Below are positions 58,901-64,000 of a stretch of 64,000 bases of DNA, one piece after another. This DNA comes from a virus. Its lineage: Duplodnaviria > Caudoviricetes. The notes under the pieces were generated by a model that did no database searches, had not been told where the DNA came from, and saw nothing but the letters and a program-made list of their open reading frames with translations. Every line of letters starts with the position of its first letter. Position 1 is the first letter of the stretch. The position numbers and the translations under genes are program-made. The stretch spans positions 1 to 64,000 of the IMG/VR virus record IMGVR_UViG_3300006092_000342; one strand, written 5' to 3'.

Positions 58901-60286
58901 ACAATCAAAGCTATCACAAGGGTAACAACCTTTATCTTCCCAGCAACCACAACCCGTTTGGCATTGACCTCCATTTACACAGGAACCGGCACATGGGTTT
59001 TTCTTACATCTTTTAACCCCTTTATCACAATAACAACCCCACTCGCAATCTCCATTGTTCTCACAAGGACGATCACACTCATTACAACGGCCTGTATTTT
59101 TATTACAACCGCAAGTATCCGCACAATCTTCAGGTTTAGTACAAGGGCTATTGCAAGGATCTTCCTGACAACTTTGAGATAAATTTCCTACAGCAACCGG
59201 CCTACATTTACAACCTACTAATTCTTCACAATTAGGAGTAGTACAATTTCTTGTATTACAATTTTCACAACGCTTTGTAAGCAAATTACATCCACAACCT
59301 TTAGCACATGGTGTATTTTCATCACAATATGCATCACAAGGATCTTTGGCTTTAGGTCCACATCGATTGAAATCTTTACATTCACATCCTTCCGGACAAC
59401 CCCCAACAGTAGTACATGCTACATCGCAATTAACACAAATACAAATTAACCCTTTACGTACACAAGTATAGCCTGGAGGACAACTTGGATTAGAACAATC
59501 ACAAACTAATTGACAACAATCAGAACCTACATGCACGCGACCTGGTAAACAACTTGTAGGAGCACAGCCATCAGGTGTGCACTCATAACAAGGAGGGCAT
59601 TGTCCCGCTGTACAAGGAGGTTTTGCAATACATTTACCTGTAATTGGATCCCGATAATATCCGGTGCAACAATTACACATACCATTTGCATCACAACAAG
59701 TATTTTCTTCTAAACAATGGCTATTATTCCAACACTGCTTACACTCACATGTTTCTGGATTTAAATAACCTACAGCACAAGTTTTAGCAACACAATCATA
59801 AGCACTACATACCTCACAACCATTACAATCTGTACTTTCAATACATCTTCTACAAATGCCAAACTGATCTATTCTCCATCCAGGAGGACATTCACATTTT
59901 CCTTGATTACAAACCTTTCCATTTTTACAAGGATGTAATTCATTACACTCTACGCACTCATCTCCTGAACAAACACCGGTAGGACAAATATCTTCACAGA
60001 CTTTATCCACTTCATTACAACGATGACAACTCGGACATTGGAAATGATCATCACAAAAACATTTTACTACACGTAAAGGAGGACAATCTAAACAATTGCT
60101 ACAACGTATCCAGGCTTCTAGACATGCAATTTCGTCTGGTACAACATATACTACTACGGTACCATCCGGTTTTATACAAGCAATATCAACTCCGGTTATA
60201 GTTTTTACATCTATAATTGGATTGGTACAGCTATAACCATCTAAGGTTATATTTTTAAATACCGCTAATCGTTTTTGCAGATCCAT
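55922..60286 (-). CDS. 1454-aa Cys-rich protein: EGF-like repeat array plus SprB/Ig-like domains
   Basis: About 450 aa of C-x3-C-x5-C-x3-C-x-C-type units; TGGTAPY...VTDAFGC (SprB-like), EYSLNG. Confidence 0.8.
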   Translation of the reverse strand: MDLQKRLAVFKNITLDGYSCTNPIIDVKTITGVDIACIKPDGTVVVYVVPDEIACLEAWIRCSNCLDCPPLRVVKCFCDDHFQCPSCHRCNEVDKVCEDICPTGVCSGDECVECNELHPCKNGKVCNQGKCECPPGWRIDQFGICRRCIESTDCNGCEVCSAYDCVAKTCAVGYLNPETCECKQCWNNSHCLEENTCCDANGMCNCCTGYYRDPITGKCIAKPPCTAGQCPPCYECTPDGCAPTSCLPGRVHVGSDCCQLVCDCSNPSCPPGYTCVRKGLICICVNCDVACTTVGGCPEGCECKDFNRCGPKAKDPCDAYCDENTPCAKGCGCNLLTKRCENCNTRNCTTPNCEELVGCKCRPVAVGNLSQSCQEDPCNSPCTKPEDCADTCGCNKNTGRCNECDRPCENNGDCEWGCYCDKGVKRCKKNPCAGSCVNGGQCQTGCGCWEDKGCYPCDSFDCTTCAQVNGCDCPAGVCEEHKKLECLDELKIVKDNLNCKLEGRLTTQDCCGCPDIGYALDISVDSTGLISFNRKLRKGHNQNSILLDMTGIYKDFPPNLGVNNIEIKAFYSNGSEDTIQTFTEDWGYVPVNNLQYAYQSACALPVVNATVIRYDFIIKTDIDFTFENNCKYFIPAGTKVSVAGCGATKSAVIPLVKRAGCKLPLFTWYKGTALSNLVKAREAYALKVGNFYRDIFGAAEGLEIGKYVKLLTDCGCDKDTFFSCWGDESRPTKVGFCQPPNLVVTPNQSLCNTEITIDEATVCSLYEGKVYELWINGSLYGSYTVTSGKLFTGGITINYGVPVTEVRLKVPGDECNICDIVKTFSINNPCNCSVTPMSLSLIGIPSCTTGFQYELTGGTAPYRVVVVRTIPPIDHEVDSFIYDAPVPNTFTFAGMMESGDWYVKVTDAFGCEQRLNFSMTCCDLGNPNVNYDCDLQQIVVNSLGSIPTEYSLNGTDWYLLGATKRIASVLSNATYPGKVRLRRVDNHDCNTALDLVVNCDTCALTITSATLNTDCDEATIVSSPAWDEVSIGGTGAWAADTNPIALPSALAPGATETIYVRVAANPTCYKSITLKCNTCAAIDIGTPDIDLDCSNGELSITGLDDPTTPALPAGCSVHFLLKIDGVAQPAYTIPTGSWIDPIVIKTDFVLVKASTTLQVDIMLACPGQNCLLGSVTKTLTVVDDLGTVTYNCSGGSPGLQWTGGSTDVQVKIAGVWTTVLAGHLLSNGIYQIRTITDSEFCTVEKTITVNCSAGGGSGDPCMDFGDLFSITGDPCGSAFAIHLSGLATHTAAVTVRILESDFNNTCVNQSIWVSPTMTIAPGGTGFVSGVPITNRDRVIHYQLIGYPGDGCQCEVRIGECSNGAACGAVVLDPGDLYCTVVGGNRKVGVNNTNNTTVLVYIDAGSGYVYRGTVSPLAGATIDYEYPYNSTVSVRLVCLGDPTAFSSNESITLNC

Positions 60287-61149
60287 TACGAAAGATTACA
60301 ATCTGTTAAATAATTTGTGAAATCTTGTTTATATTTTATTTTGCATAAATCATAAGTTTTATTCTCATGAATCATAAATAAACAAGTATCACGATATTCG
60401 AATTTCAAACCAGGATTACAAGTAACTACTTTGTAGATTTCCTCATATCCCAAGCCGCATTTTTTTAAATATGTATATGTATCTAAATTTAAAATACATA
60501 CCTTTTTATCACTATACGAAGCATCTAATTTACATTTAGCTATAAAGTCCGTATAATTAAAGTCAATTTCGCAAGTTTTTTGAATTAATAACTCATACTC
60601 AGTTATACAAGAAGCATGATTAACATCTTGATTTGTAACTGATTTGGTTTTCATTACAAAATCAAAAAGAATTTCATTAGGAATTCGTTGCGTTTGCAAT
60701 AAGTTAATAAAGTCTTCTACTTTATTTTGCTTTTCAAATTCTTGAAATGAAAAATCAAAAACATATTCACACGCAATTCCAATATCTTTTAAAAATCTAG
60801 AACGACTTCTACAACGTTGGTTATCCCAATCCGGGTTATCCGATACAAAAACATCAGAACGACATTCTTCTTTACACCCAACTACCCAATTTTTTAATGT
60901 TTCAATTAATCGACAGATATAAGCATCTTCTACACAACTCTCAAACCCTTGCTTTACTTTAAAATAATATCTTCTTAAACTTTCATAAACAAAACGAAAT
61001 AATTGGATTTCTTTTTCATCTTGAACATCTCTAGTGCGCCATTGAAATATGCGAGCTTTTATCTCCATATTCCTAGAAATAACGATACCTGCTTTGTGTA
61101 AAAGCAGGTCAAGTTCGAACAAATCTATGTTACAACACTCGGATTTCAT
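60286..61149 (-). CDS. Cys-rich hypothetical structural protein
   Basis: Likely ATG 61149 (ATGA overlap); TAATG-coupled to the 1454-aa gene. Confidence 0.7.
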   Translation of the reverse strand: MKSECCNIDLFELDLLLHKAGIVISRNMEIKARIFQWRTRDVQDEKEIQLFRFVYESLRRYYFKVKQGFESCVEDAYICRLIETLKNWVVGCKEECRSDVFVSDNPDWDNQRCRSRSRFLKDIGIACEYVFDFSFQEFEKQNKVEDFINLLQTQRIPNEILFDFVMKTKSVTNQDVNHASCITEYELLIQKTCEIDFNYTDFIAKCKLDASYSDKKVCILNLDTYTYLKKCGLGYEEIYKVVTCNPGLKFEYRDTCLFMIHENKTYDLCKIKYKQDFTNYLTDCNLS

Positions 61150-63155
61150 ATCGTTACACAACTAGAAGTTTGAGCTGATGAAATTTTTACAAGTTCTAAT
61201 GGAGTTCCTACATCACAAGATTCTGTTAAATCTACATTAGTTCCTCCCATTCCATGACGGAAACTAATTGTAATTGTATCTTCGACTGCATCCCAATTAG
61301 CCGCAACTAATCCTGGAATACCAATTGACAACAGTAAAGAAGGTAATAAAGTATAGCTTGTGGCTCCGAAAGAATAATCTACACCATCCACATTTATATT
61401 AGTAAGATCTCCATCAGGACACTCAGATGCTACTTCCCAACAATCATAAAGGAAAGAAACTTCTAAGTTTCCATAACCGGTTGCAATTGCCCAGTTCTCT
61501 ATATGAATATCCGCTAACAGAATTACAGCCGTTTTTCCTAAACCAGCTAACGTACTAATAATATCTCCATCGTCTTGAACTGCAGTAACGCTTCCTCCTA
61601 CAGGAGTAAAGTTTACAGAGGTAAATACTGTATAATCAATAGTAGCACCGACATTACCATTTTCTTGATTATTGATACCACTTCCGGCAATACCTTCATT
61701 TGTATCAATAAGCTGAAGTCTTCTTTGGGTAGGAATATCTGTTACTGTAATAGCCGTGGTTAAACTTGGATTATGAAGTCTGGAAACATTACCTCCACTA
61801 TTGTCTAACCATACCCATCCTGCTTGACCAGTTAATTCGATCATTCTATTAGCCAAAGCTAATCCGGTTGCATGCAATTCATGGGTATCTCCTCCATAAG
61901 CCGACAGATCATAACTCATTCCCAGGAAGCCTACTGTGGTATTGATATTGGTATAAGTTAAATTGGTACCAACACCATCTTCTAAATAGACATAAACACT
62001 CGCAGTAGTATGAATAACTTCTATTGGAGCATACTCTTGTCCACAAACCCAATCTGCTAAAGCAACAGCACATCCAACAACTGTTACAGTTAAAGGCGTA
62101 TCCAAAGCTGCAAATGCATCAACAATATCTGAAGCATCTGCTACACTTACTACTCCTCCTCCATAAGGAGTTAAATCTATTTTTTGAAATTTGGTGAAAT
62201 CTAAAGTACCTCCATCACAATAATCAGGACAATCTCCGTCTGTATCTACTAATGGAATTAATAATTTAGTTAATATAGAATGAGGACTGTTTTCCCCTGC
62301 AATTGTAAAAACACACAAAGAACTATTCCAACAAACACTAGAATCCCAAAAAGCTGAGTACGCCTCTTCTAATTCTTCAATGGTATCATATTGAACATAA
62401 GCTTCTTCTTCCCCAAAACTTACTAGTAGTTTTGTTAAATCTATACAATCGCATCCTAACAAAGTACCTTCTCCATCTGTGAATGCAGAAAGTCCTTGTG
62501 TAGCCATTGCTACTCCAGCTAATGTAAAAGGTCCGTAAGGTCCGTATGTGCATGTATCTTTATTACAAGTTACTTCTAAAGTTAAAAACCAATTACTTGA
62601 CAAAGAATAAGGAATAATATTAATTACTCGAGTAACAGGATCTATACTCCAAGACAATACATTTTCTCTTCCAGTCTCTATATACTCATTTGTGAATCCA
62701 TTATCACATTGAAAACATCTAGGAAGAGTTCTTGTAATTATATATAAACTTTCACAAGCTTTATACTGTATATCATGTGTACAAGCTTCACTTGTAACAT
62801 CTTCACAACTATTAATGCACTCTTCCGCAGTTCCTTTTTGAAAGGAAACCGGTCCCCCATTATTATTTATAATCGTATCACAACCTGGAACAGAAACCGC
62901 TGTAGGAGTAACTGTGAAATTAATTTGACTGATATCCGTAATACGAACATTTAAAACGATATCAAATTCCATTCCATGAACTAAAGAAGGAATATTAATT
63001 ACACCTCCGGAATAACTACCATAAGGACTTACCATGGAATCAAATACAATTCCAGGAGAATAATTTACATTGATAATATAAGGACAAGTGTTTCCTGTCT
63101 TTTTTACATGTATAATTATGGCACGTATATCCCCGTTTCGACAAACTTTTATCAT
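61146..63155 (-). CDS. Multi-domain structural protein (DUF11/Ig-like N-terminus, internal repeats)
   Basis: GIVFDS...GSY.G...IPSL...IVLNVRI; repeated DLTPYGG/NFTPVGG/DLSAYGG units. Confidence 0.7.
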   Translation of the reverse strand: MIKVCRNGDIRAIIIHVKKTGNTCPYIINVNYSPGIVFDSMVSPYGSYSGGVINIPSLVHGMEFDIVLNVRITDISQINFTVTPTAVSVPGCDTIINNNGGPVSFQKGTAEECINSCEDVTSEACTHDIQYKACESLYIITRTLPRCFQCDNGFTNEYIETGRENVLSWSIDPVTRVINIIPYSLSSNWFLTLEVTCNKDTCTYGPYGPFTLAGVAMATQGLSAFTDGEGTLLGCDCIDLTKLLVSFGEEEAYVQYDTIEELEEAYSAFWDSSVCWNSSLCVFTIAGENSPHSILTKLLIPLVDTDGDCPDYCDGGTLDFTKFQKIDLTPYGGGVVSVADASDIVDAFAALDTPLTVTVVGCAVALADWVCGQEYAPIEVIHTTASVYVYLEDGVGTNLTYTNINTTVGFLGMSYDLSAYGGDTHELHATGLALANRMIELTGQAGWVWLDNSGGNVSRLHNPSLTTAITVTDIPTQRRLQLIDTNEGIAGSGINNQENGNVGATIDYTVFTSVNFTPVGGSVTAVQDDGDIISTLAGLGKTAVILLADIHIENWAIATGYGNLEVSFLYDCWEVASECPDGDLTNINVDGVDYSFGATSYTLLPSLLLSIGIPGLVAANWDAVEDTITISFRHGMGGTNVDLTESCDVGTPLELVKISSAQTSSCVTI

Positions 63156-63649
63156 GATATTGTGATCTCAGGTGTTGTAGGGTTAACAATAATTTCAGAA
63201 GCTTGTGGACCACAAAGTCCTGTACAAGGATCACATCCATCTAAGCAATTTTTCCCAAGACATCGATCTAGAATTGGAATTTCTACTATACTTTGAGCAC
63301 TATATCCTTTAGCTGTTCCACCTTTACAAACCCCTCTTACAAGAATTTTGTACGTATTATGAATTCCCGGAATAGCATAGTTAGGATGAGTACGTCCGTA
63401 TAACACGTTTCCAACAAAATGACAATCATAAAATGCAGGGTCAGCTTTAATAACACTGTATTCCACACTAGTACAATTGGTAGTACTAGCAAAAGCAACA
63501 CTAAATTGCTCATTACAAGGTCCTACCGTATTTTTATAATTGATATACGGTTTTGATAATGCAAAACAATCTTCACATTCTCTTTCAACTACAGGAGGCT
63601 GAGGAGGCTCCGGGGTTAAATTGCAGCAATTTGATAAAACGTTAAGCAT
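63152..63649 (-). CDS. Cys-rich Ig-like structural protein
   Basis: ATG 63649; beta-rich; CLGKNCLDGCDPCTGLC. Confidence 0.65.
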   Translation of the reverse strand: MLNVLSNCCNLTPEPPQPPVVERECEDCFALSKPYINYKNTVGPCNEQFSVAFASTTNCTSVEYSVIKADPAFYDCHFVGNVLYGRTHPNYAIPGIHNTYKILVRGVCKGGTAKGYSAQSIVEIPILDRCLGKNCLDGCDPCTGLCGPQASEIIVNPTTPEITIS

Positions 63650-63651
63650 GA

Positions 63652-64000
63652 TCAACAATTACAGTCTAAAAATTTTAATTCTCTGTGTAACATTTCAATG
63701 TATTCTGCCGCTTTTTCAGTTTTACCGGCTTCTACAATATCTGGAATGTCTGTTATTAATCGGTCTACCAAAGTTATTTTTAATAAATTGGATTGTAATT
63801 CTCCCAATTTACTCTTTGCAAGATATGTGTCATAACAACAACGTGCTTTACAAAGTAGGACTCGATTTAGTGTATGAATTTTATCGCAGATAACTGCTTT
63901 TATACAGTAAATTCCATCCATAAATTTGGAATCTCCATATCCCAACTGTTTCATTTCAAATACATTAGTAATTCCTGTTTTGATTTCTAATGGAATTCCT
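63652..64000 (-). CDS. Structural protein truncated by the window edge
   Basis: Frame stays open upstream of ATG 63954 to the edge (GIPLEIKTGITNVFE-M); DGIY motif; ends DCNC. Confidence 0.65.
   Translation of the reverse strand, partial: GIPLEIKTGITNVFEMKQLGYGDSKFMDGIYCIKAVICDKIHTLNRVLLCKARCCYDTYLAKSKLGELQSNLLKITLVDRLITDIPDIVEAGKTEKAAEYIEMLHRELKFLDCNC

Larger units (their letters stand above)
1..64000. mobile_element. Segment of a crAss-like (Crassvirales-type) bacteriophage genome, probable Bacteroidota host
   Basis: Dense overlapping genes; PolA-DnaB-primase-Ung module; giant DFDxD RNA polymerase among large virion proteins next to muzzle, ring and IHF-like genes (the crAss-like gene order); no host housekeeping genes and no integrase. 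Confidence 0.9.

Noticed and set aside
22265-63893. Short antisense or alternate-frame ORFs inside the large virion genes (e.g. 30403, 36717, 43145, 43658, 58844, 63621)
   Set aside because: Fully or largely nested in well-supported genes with no independent signals
1-64000. Stop-codon reassignment as in some crAss-like phages
   Set aside because: Genes up to 8.7 kb are intact in code 11; TGA occurs in many ATGA overlaps and TAG ends ung (19277) and the nucleotidyltransferase (20786) at sensible positions
54778-64000. Eukaryotic or giant-virus contamination explaining the EGF-like proteins
   Set aside because: Genes are intronless, coupled by ATGA/TAATG overlaps, share the CCGG bias and are continuous with the phage tail operon
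1-64000. tRNA genes, CRISPR arrays, integrase/att sites
   Set aside because: Intergenic gaps are under about 90 bp, and I saw no cloverleaf, spaced repeat array or recombinase motifs

Overview
The whole window reads as part of a lytic, AT-rich crAss-like (Crassvirales-type) podophage genome, most likely infecting Bacteroidota, in standard genetic code 11. Layout: (i) 1-3.4 kb, + strand: small genes, a beta sliding clamp, a spanin-like pair and an SSB-like gene; (ii) 3.4-11.4 kb, - strand: a detached fibre/spike operon ending in an AlkB-like dioxygenase, a 52-aa ORF and a flavin reductase; (iii) 11.5-20.8 kb, + strand: replication module (PolA, DnaB-like helicase, AAA ATPase, SSB-like protein, primase, Ung, nucleotidyltransferase); (iv) 20.8-64 kb, - strand virion operon: five large ejection/cargo proteins including a 2918-aa virion RNA polymerase (DFDAD), tail muzzle, ring and IHF-like proteins, a signal-anchored amidase, an M43 lipoprotein protease and a block of very Cys-rich structural proteins. 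Main observations: the three largest cargo proteins are nearly Cys-free but carry matched Cys motifs across their overlapping gene junctions (RPCNI*/MSQPCQI and KKCMQ*/MKKCIN), suggesting a head-to-tail linking mechanism; predicted outer virion proteins are very Cys-rich while cargo proteins are not; several host-type surface modules (SprB-like, TSP3, M43) have been captured; and CCGG is strongly over-represented. All family calls come from motif recognition by eye; no database searches were run.
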